This document shows, in pieces, positions 19,504 through 29,495 of a stretch of 64,000 nucleotides of DNA. The translations under genes and the position numbers were made by a program. Below the pieces are notes generated by a model that was not told where the DNA came from, searched no databases, and saw only the letters and a program-made list of their open reading frames with translations. Every line of letters begins with the position of its first letter. Position 1 is the stretch's first letter. This DNA comes from Lentisphaeria bacterium (GTDB lineage Bacteria; Verrucomicrobiota; Lentisphaeria; JABSQK01; JAWLHB01), in assembly GCA_041690595.1 (NCBI GenBank), contig JAWLHB010000012.1:100785-164784 (forward strand), read 5' to 3'.

Positions 19504-20892
19504 ATGCTCCTTACAGTCTGCAATGGTTTGCACGAAGGCTGGACCATCCGTCTGGTGAAGGAGAGCTATTCGCTGGGTCGGAATCGTGACAACGATCTGA
19601 TCATGGTGGATCGCTGGATCTCCAGGCGCCATTGCCTCTTCAGCCAGAGCAACGGCCGCTGGCAGGTGATCGATCTGGGCAGTACCCACGGGGTCCGCGT
19701 TAACGGCACGCAAATTCGGGATCAGCATCTGCTGCGAGATGGCGACTCGATCGAGCTGGGCGAAGTGCGGTTGCAGGTGAACGATTCGCCGGATGCCGCG
19801 CCGCTTTCGGGGCTGGAGATGCCGAGCGTGCAGGAGCATCCGGCCGTGCTGCGCATCGAATCGGGTCCACAGGCAGGACTCGAGGTGCGGCTGGAAAACC
19901 AGACGTATACGGTCGGTCGGGTCGCCAAGAACGACATCACCCTTTCAGACCCGACGATATCGCGTCGTCACTGCCTGATCGGCCTGTCGAAGAGTGATTG
20001 GTACATACTGGATCTGAACAGCCGTCACGGGGTCCTCGTCAATGGGGAGTTGATCGAGGAGCGCCAGGTGCTGCATGGTGATGAAGCGGTGCAGGTGGGC
20101 GACATCCAGATGGCGTTGCGTTTTGTCTTCGATCCCCTGGCCGGTGAGGGGCAACGCAGTCGCAGCATCCCGCGGCCGCTGGTGCTCTCGGTCCGGGACG
20201 GACTGCATGAGGAGTGGGAGATACCGCTGATCCATCCCAGCTATACGCTTGGGCGCTCGCGCTGCAACGACATCATCCTGGCGGATCCATCGATTTCGCG
20301 CATTCACTGCCTCTTCGTCTATCATCGCGGGAATTGGACAGTCGAGGATCTGGGATCGAGCCTTGGGGTACTGGTGAACGGCAAGGCCATCGATACGAAG
20401 CAGCTCCTGCGAGGGTGCGAACAGCTGCGCATCGGCGACGTCAACATCCTCGTCAGGGATAGCTTTACGCCGGCAGCGGGCCAGACAGATTCCGTCGGCG
20501 ATCGCTCGAGCCAGAAGCGAGCCCGGCGCAAGCTGCGGATCATTCAGACCCTTCCGGTCGACATGGACAGCACATTTGTGTTTGATCGCGACCCAGACGA
20601 ATCCCCGCTGGCGGGTCTCGAAACGACGCGGCATGATGCGCCCATAGATCAGGATTCCGCCATGGATCAGACGATCTCGATCGATGGCCCAGGCAGGCGC
20701 CTGCGTGACGAGCATGAGATGAATGACACGGTTAATTTCGGGCGAACACCGCTGATCGATCCCAACCAGGCCATGCCGCTGGACAATGAAGAGTACATAA
20801 AGACCTACAGCATGCAGATGCCTGACGAGTTCCGGCAGTTGCGAGACCGCTACCGGCACGATTTCGGCCAGAAGGATAGAGACGACGACTGA
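19504..20892 (+). CDS. Protein with three tandem FHA domains and an acidic disordered tail
   Basis: Three copies of GR...ND...ISRxHC...DLxSxxGV.VNG. Confidence 0.9.
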   Translation: MLLTVCNGLHEGWTIRLVKESYSLGRNRDNDLIMVDRWISRRHCLFSQSNGRWQVIDLGSTHGVRVNGTQIRDQHLLRDGDSIELGEVRLQVNDSPDAAPLSGLEMPSVQEHPAVLRIESGPQAGLEVRLENQTYTVGRVAKNDITLSDPTISRRHCLIGLSKSDWYILDLNSRHGVLVNGELIEERQVLHGDEAVQVGDIQMALRFVFDPLAGEGQRSRSIPRPLVLSVRDGLHEEWEIPLIHPSYTLGRSRCNDIILADPSISRIHCLFVYHRGNWTVEDLGSSLGVLVNGKAIDTKQLLRGCEQLRIGDVNILVRDSFTPAAGQTDSVGDRSSQKRARRKLRIIQTLPVDMDSTFVFDRDPDESPLAGLETTRHDAPIDQDSAMDQTISIDGPGRRLRDEHEMNDTVNFGRTPLIDPNQAMPLDNEEYIKTYSMQMPDEFRQLRDRYRHDFGQKDRDDD

Positions 20893-20898
20893 TCGAGG

Positions 20899-21747
20899 TC
20901 ATTGCCGCCCAAGCGCATTGTCGAGCGCCCGGCGCATGACTTCGACCGGCGCGGGTTCTTCCGTCCAGATGGTGAAGCTGCGTGCGCCCTGGTGGAGGAG
21001 CATCCGCCTGCCGTCGGCAACGGCGCATCCACGACTGACCGCCATGTCAAGCAGCCGCGTCGGATGGTAGATCATATCCATGATGCGGCGGCTGGACGCA
21101 ATCAGCTCGAAAGGAATGGCACAGGGGTCATCAGGCTTGAGGCCGACACTGGTACACTGAAAGATGATGTCGGCCTCGGCGAAGGCAACCGCAAGCGGCG
21201 CCAACTCGTCTGGAGCGAAAGTGCGAATGTTGCACGCCGGGGCAATGGCACGGAGCTGCTCCGCCAGGGCCTGAGCCGTGGAGAGGGTGCGATTGACGAG
21301 GGTGATGGCAGTGGCGCCCTCGATGGCAAAGTGAATGCTCGTGGCGCGGGCAGCACCGCCGGTGCCCCAGAAAACAAAGGTGCCGCGGCGCGCGGAAATG
21401 CCGAAGGCTTCCTGGATCGCCATGTCCAGGCCGTACCCGTCGGTGGAGTAGCCGTGGAGCTGCCCATCACGCACCAGAACGGTGTTGACGCTTTGGGCAT
21501 GGCGGGCGGCGGGCTCGGCGGTATCGACGAGCTGCATCATGGCGCGCTTGTGGGGCACGGTCACGTTCCAGCCGCGAAATCCCTGCTCGTGCAGCTCACG
21601 GACCTTGGCTGGGAAGTCGTCAGGAGGAACGGGCAGCAGCTCGTAGGAGGCATCGAGACCGATGGCGCGGAAGCCCGCCTGCTGCATCTGGGGAGAGACG
21701 GAGTGGCTGACCGGCCACCCGAGAAGACCGAACTTAAGCGTGCTCAT
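20899..21747 (-). CDS. aroE: Shikimate dehydrogenase
   Basis: GWPVSHSVSP, GWNVTVPHK, SVNT, TDGYG, GTGGAARA and MLLHQGA motifs. Confidence 0.95.
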   Translation of the reverse strand: MSTLKFGLLGWPVSHSVSPQMQQAGFRAIGLDASYELLPVPPDDFPAKVRELHEQGFRGWNVTVPHKRAMMQLVDTAEPAARHAQSVNTVLVRDGQLHGYSTDGYGLDMAIQEAFGISARRGTFVFWGTGGAARATSIHFAIEGATAITLVNRTLSTAQALAEQLRAIAPACNIRTFAPDELAPLAVAFAEADIIFQCTSVGLKPDDPCAIPFELIASSRRIMDMIYHPTRLLDMAVSRGCAVADGRRMLLHQGARSFTIWTEEPAPVEVMRRALDNALGRQ

Positions 21748-22705
21748 GCAGCAGATTCCTGGCGCGAATAACCATGCAGGTCGGGTGCAGTTCATCTTCA
21801 AGCGACAAGGGCATCGGAGTTCGCCCTAGGATGTCGTCAATGAACCTGTCGAACCACTCGACATCCGGCGACGCAAGGTCAAGGGGCCCCAAGTCGTCTT
21901 TGCCGATGATGAGGCGGGTACGGCTGCCCCCGTCGGTGGCTTCCACAAAGCCTTTGGTGCCGAATATGCGCAGCATCTCATTGCCCCAGCTGCCGAGCCC
22001 CGGTGGGTTGAGGTAGTTGGAGATGACGGTGGCGATGGCGCCGGATTCGAGGGTCATGATGCTGGTGGAAGCCAGCCGCAATTGACCGCCGGAGACAGGA
22101 TTGCCGAGGGTGGTCTCCATGGCGGGGCGCACCTCGGCGATGCGTTCGCCGGCGACGTGTTCGATCCAGCGGTAGGCGTGGACGCCCACCTGGCAGGTGA
22201 GGCCACCGTCGATCTGCTCATCCTGCGGACGTCCCTCGAAGAGCGGGTAGGATTTTTGGGCAAGGATCTGCACGATGGTTCCAAGTCTGCCGCCCTGCAC
22301 CACTTCCCGCATCGCGAGCCATGGTTGGGCGAAGGCGGTGCCGGCCATCTCGTGAAAGCGGCCTTCGCTGTTGGCGGCGGCTTCCATGATGGCATCGAGT
22401 TCGCGCTCGGTCATGGCGCAAGGCTTTTCCGCGTAGACGTGCTTGCCCGCCTGGAGGGCGCGGATGGCATCGGCAGCCTGGTCGGCACGGCGTGGTGAAC
22501 AGAGGGAGATGAAGTTGACCCGCGGGTTGTCGATCAGCTCGTCGAGGGATTCACCGATGGCGATATCCGGCCAGCTGCTCTTCAATTCGGCCAGGCGAGC
22601 CGGTGGCATGCCCGTAGCGGCGACGACGCGCACATCCGGGTTGGCTTGACATTGTGCATAGATCTGATGGCCATTGGCCCCATGGAGGCCGATTCCTATA
22701 GGCAT
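21734..22705 (-). CDS. Gfo/Idh/MocA family oxidoreductase
   Basis: ALQAGKHVYAEKP, GRLGTIV and GGLTCQVGVH motifs. Confidence 0.88.
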   Translation of the reverse strand: MPIGIGLHGANGHQIYAQCQANPDVRVVAATGMPPARLAELKSSWPDIAIGESLDELIDNPRVNFISLCSPRRADQAADAIRALQAGKHVYAEKPCAMTERELDAIMEAAANSEGRFHEMAGTAFAQPWLAMREVVQGGRLGTIVQILAQKSYPLFEGRPQDEQIDGGLTCQVGVHAYRWIEHVAGERIAEVRPAMETTLGNPVSGGQLRLASTSIMTLESGAIATVISNYLNPPGLGSWGNEMLRIFGTKGFVEATDGGSRTRLIIGKDDLGPLDLASPDVEWFDRFIDDILGRTPMPLSLEDELHPTCMVIRARNLLHEHA

Positions 22706-22725
22706 GAAGTGTTCCTTGCGAGTGG

Positions 22726-23325
22726 CTACTTGTTGTCTACCGGTCGCAAATAGACATTGCGAAACCAGGCATTACCGGCAGGATGAAAAGCGTAGAGCTT
22801 GATGAGCATGTGGGAGGGGCGATAGCGGTCCTGAGTGGGGAGGGTGATGACCCGTTTGGCCTGGCCCCATTGGTTCCTGGGTATCTTGACATGGATGGTG
22901 GCGCGGTAGCTGCGGGCGAATCCGGGATAATGGTCGTTGCCCTTTTCCTGTTGCTCTGGATCGCGCTGATAGCCTTCGATGAAGAGGATAAGCGAAGGAT
23001 TATCCGAGTAGACCTCGGCGCCGAATTCATAAGCTTTTCCCGGAAGATCCTCGATCTTCATCAAGGGGGTGACGGCCTTGACGCCTTCCGAAGCGGCAAC
23101 CGCGGCACTGAGGGTGAAGTGAATGGCTTTATCTTTGCCTTCGGGGCCGGGTGCTATCTCGATCCACTCATGATTACGGCTGTAGTTCTGCTCATTCTCC
23201 TCAGGAAAATGAACGATCCAGCCCTTGAAGCCATCGGAAAAATCGGGATTGGCGACCAGGTTGTCGGCACGGGCGCAATGCGTCAGGAGGATCAGGACGA
23301 CGAATCGCAGAAAGTTGGGATGCAT
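22726..23325 (-). CDS. Exported protein with CBM-like (galactose-binding) fold
   Basis: Signal peptide, then NLVANPDFSDGFKGW and a C-terminal AWFRNVYL. Confidence 0.65.
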   Translation of the reverse strand: MHPNFLRFVVLILLTHCARADNLVANPDFSDGFKGWIVHFPEENEQNYSRNHEWIEIAPGPEGKDKAIHFTLSAAVAASEGVKAVTPLMKIEDLPGKAYEFGAEVYSDNPSLILFIEGYQRDPEQQEKGNDHYPGFARSYRATIHVKIPRNQWGQAKRVITLPTQDRYRPSHMLIKLYAFHPAGNAWFRNVYLRPVDNK

Positions 23326-23473
23326 GAGGTGGAGCTTTTTTGGGGGAGAGGAGGAACCATGGTTGAAGCCGCGATGTCTCTTGAGCAATAGTAATCATGT
23401 TCGTGCCTGAGATCAAGCACGATTGGCGAGGCTCCGGCACCACGGGCAGAACAGTTCGACAAGGAAATGGATA

Positions 23474-23737
23474 ATGAAGACCATCGAGATTGACCAGCAG
23501 CTTAAAGAATTGATCGTGGAACGCCTCTTTCTGGAGCTGGATCCAGACGAAATCGAGGCAGAGACGCCCCTTGTGGAGTATGGCGTCGATTCGTTTCTGC
23601 TTGTCGAGCTGATTGTTGCCATGGAGGAGATCTTTGTCGTGCAGTTTGATCAGTCGGACATCAATGCCGAGAGCTTGAGCAGCGTGGCCAGCATGCGGGA
23701 GCTGATTCTCGCCAAGCAATCCGGAAAAAGCGGCTGA
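23474..23737 (+). CDS. Acyl carrier protein
   Basis: Acidic 87-aa protein with GVDSFLLVEL phosphopantetheine site. Confidence 0.88.
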   Translation: MKTIEIDQQLKELIVERLFLELDPDEIEAETPLVEYGVDSFLLVELIVAMEEIFVVQFDQSDINAESLSSVASMRELILAKQSGKSG

Positions 23738-23753
23738 CGGATCAGGGAGCGGC

Positions 23754-26102
23754 TCAGGTGGCGCGATTCGTTTCGGTGCGCCAGGCTTTGATGACTTCGA
23801 GGAAGAGCGGCAGTACCACGCGCTCCTTGTAGGGTCCGATGCCGGAGATGCTGCGTGCTTCCGCGATGGTGACCGGGCGTTTTGCCGCCAGCTCCTGCAG
23901 GGTTTTGTTGGGGAAGATCTGGTAGATGGGGACACGGCGCTTTGCCGCCAGTTCGTCGCGGAGTTCGCGCAGACGGACGAGAAGATCGTCGTCAACGGCA
24001 GCGGATCTTTGTTCGGTTCGCCCCGTGCCTCTGGACGGAGCGGGCGCGCCGGCATGGTCGGTGCTGGGAATGCTGAAGTCTATCGGTACCTGTCGGCTGC
24101 CATCGAGGACGCTCTTGCCCAAGTCGGTGATACGCAGGCAGGGAAATCGGGTGTCGCCGCTGGTGTCGAGACATCGGGCATTGAGCAGGGCTTCGATAAG
24201 GCGGATGACGGTGGGCTGGTCGAAGTTGGCGAGCAGGCCGTAGAGGGTGTCGATGTGCAGCTTGTTGGCAAAGATCTCGCGACTGCGGGAGCCGGTCAGC
24301 ATCTGGGCGATGCGGTTCTTGCCGAAGCGATTATCGTAACGCTTGACGGCGGATAGTGCGGTGCGGACGAGCTGCAACTCGGCGCCTATCGGAGTATGGG
24401 CGGCATGATGCTCATGAGAGCGGCAGCGGTCACAGACCTGGCAGACCCAGCCATCGAGGACTTGCCCGAAGTAACCGATGATGTAGGACTGGCGACAGCC
24501 GGTAGTGTTGGAATAGTCGAACATCAGATCGAGGCGGCGCTGCTCCATCTCGGTATGGCGCTTCAACTCGGAAAAATCGATGTCGAGGGTGGTCTCGTCG
24601 GGGCGAAGGAGATTGACCCCTCGCCCGGAGAAGGGGGGATCCCAGGTGAGTTCGACGCCGTCGAGGGCGCGGATGACGCGCTTGACCTGCTCCGGCTGAA
24701 GCCTGCTCTCGCGCTCGAGTTCTTCGTAGGTACACTCGACGCCGTCGACGAGCTGATTGCCAAAGGCGCGGATGATCTGGCGAATGAAGAGGGCGCGCTG
24801 CGTGGTCGGAGCGGGAAACCGGCCGAGTACCTGTTCAGGAGGCATGAGGAGGGCGAGGCGGCCTCGATTGGCGCCGCGGTAGCCACGCTCGAGATAGCCG
24901 TTCTTTTCGAGGATCTTGAGGACGGCGCTGATCTGTTGATCGCTCTTCGCGCCGGAGACGCGCTGGGCCAGTTCGGCCTGGGTGACTTCCAGATGGGCGC
25001 TGCCCTCCTGCATGGCCATGAGGGTGAGCGTCTGCCAGGTGGCGTGAACCACATATTCGGGCGGATTGCTCATCTCGATAAAGAACTCATGGATGTAGCG
25101 GTCCTGGTGACTGAAGAGGAGGTAGCAATCGGCATCCTCGCCATCCCGCCCGGCGCGGCCAGCCTCCTGATAATAGGCTTCGAGACTTCCCGGGACGTTG
25201 TAGTGAACGACGCGCCGGATGTCCGGCCGATCAATACCCATACCGAAGGCATTGGTGGCGACGATGACGGGGCAGCTATCCTGCATGAAGCGGTTCTGCG
25301 CCTCTTCGCGTTCGGCATCCTCCAGCCCGGCATGATAGCGGATACACTGCAGTTCGTCACCGATCAGATCGACGTTCTTGCGGGTGGCCGCATAGATGAT
25401 CGTCGGCTTCGGATCCTTGAGCAGCGAACGGAGGAATTGCAGCTTGTCTTCGTTGCGGCTGGTGTTGCGGACCGAGAAATGAAGATTGGGACGAGTGAAG
25501 CCGGTAACATAGGCTTCCATACCCGGTCGATGGAGTTGGCGGACGATGTCGTCCTGGACAATGGGAGTGGCGGTGGCGGTGAAGGCGCCGATCTGGCCGA
25601 TCTGCAGTTCATCGATGAAGTCGCCGATGCGGGCATAATCCGGGCGGAAATCGTGTCCCCACTGGCTGATGCAGTGGGCTTCATCGACGACGAGGAAAGC
25701 TGGGGGAAACTGCTGAACCATCCGCCGGAAGCCCTGCAACCGCAGGCGCTCGGGGGCCACGTAAAGGAGCTTGACGCGACCGCTCTGCCAGCGGGATAAT
25801 ACGCTCTGCCGCTCCGCATTGCTCTGGGTGCTGTTGATGTAGGCGGCTTCGATGCCCCGCTCGACCAGCGCATCGACCTGATCCTTCATCAGCGAGATGA
25901 GGGGCGAAACGATCAGCGTGTAGCCATCAGCCAGTAGTGCCGGCAACTGGTAGCAGAGGGATTTTCCGGCGCCAGTGGGCATGATGACGCAGAGATCCTC
26001 ACCCTCGATGAGGCGAGAGACGACTTCTTCCTGCCCTTCGAGAAAGCGATCGTACCCAAAGCTCTGCTTGAGGGTTTCAGCTGCACGGTCCAAGACGGTC
26101 AT
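23754..26102 (-). CDS. recQ: RecQ family ATP-dependent DNA helicase (RQC and HRDC domains)
   Basis: MPTGAGKS, DEAHCISQWGHDFRP, QEAGRAGRDG, Zn motif CR...CQVCDRC and C-terminal HRDC. ATG 26102 overlaps the pgsA stop. Confidence 0.95.
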   Translation of the reverse strand: MTVLDRAAETLKQSFGYDRFLEGQEEVVSRLIEGEDLCVIMPTGAGKSLCYQLPALLADGYTLIVSPLISLMKDQVDALVERGIEAAYINSTQSNAERQSVLSRWQSGRVKLLYVAPERLRLQGFRRMVQQFPPAFLVVDEAHCISQWGHDFRPDYARIGDFIDELQIGQIGAFTATATPIVQDDIVRQLHRPGMEAYVTGFTRPNLHFSVRNTSRNEDKLQFLRSLLKDPKPTIIYAATRKNVDLIGDELQCIRYHAGLEDAEREEAQNRFMQDSCPVIVATNAFGMGIDRPDIRRVVHYNVPGSLEAYYQEAGRAGRDGEDADCYLLFSHQDRYIHEFFIEMSNPPEYVVHATWQTLTLMAMQEGSAHLEVTQAELAQRVSGAKSDQQISAVLKILEKNGYLERGYRGANRGRLALLMPPEQVLGRFPAPTTQRALFIRQIIRAFGNQLVDGVECTYEELERESRLQPEQVKRVIRALDGVELTWDPPFSGRGVNLLRPDETTLDIDFSELKRHTEMEQRRLDLMFDYSNTTGCRQSYIIGYFGQVLDGWVCQVCDRCRSHEHHAAHTPIGAELQLVRTALSAVKRYDNRFGKNRIAQMLTGSRSREIFANKLHIDTLYGLLANFDQPTVIRLIEALLNARCLDTSGDTRFPCLRITDLGKSVLDGSRQVPIDFSIPSTDHAGAPAPSRGTGRTEQRSAAVDDDLLVRLRELRDELAAKRRVPIYQIFPNKTLQELAAKRPVTIAEARSISGIGPYKERVVLPLFLEVIKAWRTETNRAT

Positions 26103-26680
26103 TTCATGTCTTTGATATACAGGTCGCGTCCTTTGATGTAGTACTCGAAACCGGAGTAGATGGTGACCAGTACGATCAAGGTGAGAATGGTGAGCCAGGT
26201 GGCGCGGAACCAGAGCAGCTGCTGCCACTCCGCGAACCAGCCGACCCAGATGCAGCCGCCCAGGGCCAGTACGGCCATCTGCAAGCCGGTCTTCAGCTTG
26301 CCGGTGCTGGAGGCAGACATCACCTGCCCGCGATTGGCGGCGATGGTCCGCAAGCCGGTGACGGCGAATTCGCGGGTCAGGATGAGGACGGTTATCCAGC
26401 CGGGAACGATGCGGTATTCGGTCAGGACGACAAAGCAACTGACGGTGAAGATCTTGTCGGTGAGGGGATCCATCAGTTTGCCGAAATCGGTGACCAGATC
26501 AAAACGGCGGGCAAGATAGCCGTCCAGATAGTCGGTGAAGCCAGCGATGATGGCGAGCGCAAAAGCGATCTTCCAATGCATCGGGTAGACGCCGTTCTCG
26601 ACATGGCCGACAGAGGCCAGGGCCAGGAAGATCATGGTGAGGACAAACCTGCCGATGGTTAGTTTGTTTGGCAGATTCAT
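26099..26680 (-). CDS. pgsA: CDP-diacylglycerol--glycerol-3-phosphate 3-phosphatidyltransferase
   Basis: MNLPNKLTIGR, TDYLDGYLARR...TDFGKLMDPLTDK and GKLKT. Confidence 0.93.
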   Translation of the reverse strand: MNLPNKLTIGRFVLTMIFLALASVGHVENGVYPMHWKIAFALAIIAGFTDYLDGYLARRFDLVTDFGKLMDPLTDKIFTVSCFVVLTEYRIVPGWITVLILTREFAVTGLRTIAANRGQVMSASSTGKLKTGLQMAVLALGGCIWVGWFAEWQQLLWFRATWLTILTLIVLVTIYSGFEYYIKGRDLYIKDMK

Positions 26681-26856
26681 GCTGTTCCACAAGGCAATCA
26701 TGGGAGACTTTGGCTGAAATGATGGGGCAAGGGCGGAGATTGGCTTATCATACGGGAATGGCGCTGGAATGCAAATCCGGCCCTCGCATTTCGTGCCGGC
26801 GCCGCTATAGTCAGCCATGGCCGGAACGGGCATGATCACCAGGAGGAGAGGAGCGA

Positions 26857-27948
26857 ATGCGAAGCGGATATGCGCATTTGCCGCTACATGGCGGCAAGGC
26901 CCCAAGCTGGTTATTCAGCCGCATGGTGCGGCTGGCCAGAGAGATTGCGATACACGTCGTAAGCGAGTATGGGCCGGACGATCTTCTGCATCGGCTCTCG
27001 GATCCTCACTGGTTCCAGGCGTTCGGCTGCGTTCTCGGCTTCGACTGGCATTCAAGCGGGGTCACGACAACCACCTGCGGCGCCCTGAAGGAAGGGATCA
27101 AGGGGCTTCAGCAGGACTTGGGCTTCTTTGCCGGGGGCGGCAAGGGAGGCACCTCCAGAAAGACGCCACAGGAGATCGTAACGGCCTGTGAGATCACCGG
27201 TGACAATGCCGCCCCCCTCGTTCACGCGAGCAAGATGAGCGCCAAGGTGGACAGCGCGGCCGTACAGGACGGCTATCAGCTCTACCATCACTGCTTCTTC
27301 TTCACCAAGGGGGGCCGGTGGTGCGTGGTGCAGCAGGGAATGAACGATGCCACCGGGATGGCGCGGCGTTATCACTGGCTGGGGGAACCCGGCAAACGCT
27401 TCGATGTCGAGCCGCACAGCGCGATATGCTGCGATACGCGCTCCCCTACCCTCAATCTGGTTGCCGAAGAGAGCGAAGGGGTCCGCCGCACCTCCACCGA
27501 GTTGGCCTCACAGCCATCGCTGGAGACCCTCTTTGCCTTGGAGCAACTGCCGACGCTGAGGCTGCCGAAGCGCCACGGGATCGAGATGTCCGACATTGAG
27601 CCGGCGTTTGTGCGGAAGGTTCTGCTGCAGACGTACGAGCAGCCGCCGGAGAACTTCGAGCAGTTGCTTGGCATGCAAGGGGTTGGCGCCAAGACGCTGC
27701 GGGCGCTGACGCTGGTCTCGGAACTGATTTACGGTGAACGCGCCAGCATCCGCGATCCCGCGCGCTTTTCCTTCGCACACGGCGGCAAGGATGGCATCCC
27801 CTTTCCGGTCGACAAGGATACCTACGAAAGGACCATCCAGGTGCTGCATGGCGCGGTCGACCGCGCAAAGATCGATCGAACTGAAAAGGTGGACGCACTC
27901 AAGAGGTTGGCAAGGCTGCAATGGAAGGCGGAGATCGAGCAGTCCTGA
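26857..27948 (+). CDS. DUF763 domain protein
   Basis: LPLHGGKAP, GFDWHSSGVTT, QDGYQLYHH, HhH-like GVGAKTLRAL and FSFAHGGKDG. Confidence 0.9.
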   Translation: MRSGYAHLPLHGGKAPSWLFSRMVRLAREIAIHVVSEYGPDDLLHRLSDPHWFQAFGCVLGFDWHSSGVTTTTCGALKEGIKGLQQDLGFFAGGGKGGTSRKTPQEIVTACEITGDNAAPLVHASKMSAKVDSAAVQDGYQLYHHCFFFTKGGRWCVVQQGMNDATGMARRYHWLGEPGKRFDVEPHSAICCDTRSPTLNLVAEESEGVRRTSTELASQPSLETLFALEQLPTLRLPKRHGIEMSDIEPAFVRKVLLQTYEQPPENFEQLLGMQGVGAKTLRALTLVSELIYGERASIRDPARFSFAHGGKDGIPFPVDKDTYERTIQVLHGAVDRAKIDRTEKVDALKRLARLQWKAEIEQS

Positions 27949-28748
27949 TTCGAACCGGAGGCTTGGGTGACTTCGTCCTGACGCTGCCCTTTCTGGCGGA
28001 GCTGCGCCGTCGTTTCGCACATGTGACGGTCATCACCCACAGACGTTATTGGGAGTTGATTGCGGGTGACGGGCTGGCAGACGATTGGCTGAGCGTGGAC
28101 AATAGGTCGATGTCGACGCTGTGGAGCATTCCGGAGGGAGAGGTGGCGCGGCGACTGGCCGGGGCCGAGCTTTTCCTTGCGTGGAAGGACCCTGACGGCT
28201 CGTTGGCACGCGGCTTGGCGCGGGCGGGCGTCCTGCATACGTGCTGGTTGGAGTCTCGACCGGGGACGGCGCCGCATGTCACGCTTCGAATGTTTGCGGC
28301 AGCGGGTTGGGAACCACCAGCGGGGCTGCTCGAGCAACCGGTGCTGGCCCGTGCGACCGCCCCCCGCACGGGCGTATTGTGGCTACATCCTGGCAGCGGC
28401 GCCAGCGAGAAGAACGCGCCGGTGGCCTGGTTTGCCGCGCGAGCCAAGGCATGGCTTTCGCGTACGGGGCTGAATGGCGTCATCATCTCACTGGGAGAAG
28501 CGGATCTTGCCTTGGAAGCACCGATGCGGGAGTTGTTCGCGGGGCTGCCGCATGAACGGCTCATCATGCCCTCCCTGCGCGACCTGCGCCGGCGCCTTGC
28601 GGGCGAAGCCTTGCAGCTGATCGGCAACGACACGGGCGTCACCCACCTGGCCGCCGCCCTCGGGGTGCCAGTGGAGGTGGCGTTTCGCTGCACTGACGAC
28701 GAAGTGTGGCGCCCGATCGGTCGCCACGTCACCATCGTGCATCCATGA
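27921..28748 (+). CDS. Glycosyltransferase family 9 (heptosyltransferase-like)
   Basis: GGLGDFVLTLP, LHPGSG and IGNDTGVTHLAAALG. Confidence 0.88.
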   Translation: MEGGDRAVLIRTGGLGDFVLTLPFLAELRRRFAHVTVITHRRYWELIAGDGLADDWLSVDNRSMSTLWSIPEGEVARRLAGAELFLAWKDPDGSLARGLARAGVLHTCWLESRPGTAPHVTLRMFAAAGWEPPAGLLEQPVLARATAPRTGVLWLHPGSGASEKNAPVAWFAARAKAWLSRTGLNGVIISLGEADLALEAPMRELFAGLPHERLIMPSLRDLRRRLAGEALQLIGNDTGVTHLAAALGVPVEVAFRCTDDEVWRPIGRHVTIVHP

Positions 28749-28834
28749 TAATATGGCGCTATCGCTTGCGTGCAATGCCTTTACCGAAGTAGAGTACGCC
28801 GCATGAAACAACTCCAGAGACGGATACAGCTGCC

Positions 28835-29416
28835 ATGATCAGTTGGAAAGTAGTGGCGCCGGTGCTCATGATAGCACTTGCATGCAGTGGATGCCGCACC
28901 CGCGACATGGTGCGTGGCGACTCATATCACGACGATGCAATGCTCTTGATTGCCGAACGCCCATTCCGCCTTCGCGTACAGGCAGACACCGAAGAGCTTC
29001 GGGAACTGCTGATGCAGTACGCCACCGAGAAGTTGGAGCCGATCGTGACACTGGCCCCGGTCGAGGATGGCGAGGCCGGCTGGGTGGATCTCACCTTTCT
29101 CAACAGCGAGGAGACAGGAACGCGCTGGAGGCCGGAGGTCGGCATGAGCATCGGCGCAAGCACGAGCGGCGCCCGGTACAGTGGCCTTTCGCTCGGCCTC
29201 AGCGGGGAGAAGCCCAGGTTCCCGACCATGGTGATGGCTTTCAAGGCGGACAACGTCACACGCTTGTGGATGGGAACGACCTGGGTGAAGGCAGGCGATG
29301 CACTGAACAAGAAGCCGGCCGAGTTGGCGCGACTGTGCGTCGACCTTCTGATCGACAAGCTTCGGGAAGATCAGGCCGTCGCCCAGAAGAAAGCCGCGGG
29401 CAGCAGCGAGCCTTGA
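28835..29416 (+). CDS. Hypothetical lipoprotein
   Basis: Lipoprotein-type signal ending ACSGC. Confidence 0.65.
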   Translation: MISWKVVAPVLMIALACSGCRTRDMVRGDSYHDDAMLLIAERPFRLRVQADTEELRELLMQYATEKLEPIVTLAPVEDGEAGWVDLTFLNSEETGTRWRPEVGMSIGASTSGARYSGLSLGLSGEKPRFPTMVMAFKADNVTRLWMGTTWVKAGDALNKKPAELARLCVDLLIDKLREDQAVAQKKAAGSSEP

Positions 29417-29495
29417 AATCGCGCCGCGGAGCGCTATACTCATTCGACCGCACAGCACAGTTGACGGGGAATCTGCACGAGAGGATACTCGACGG

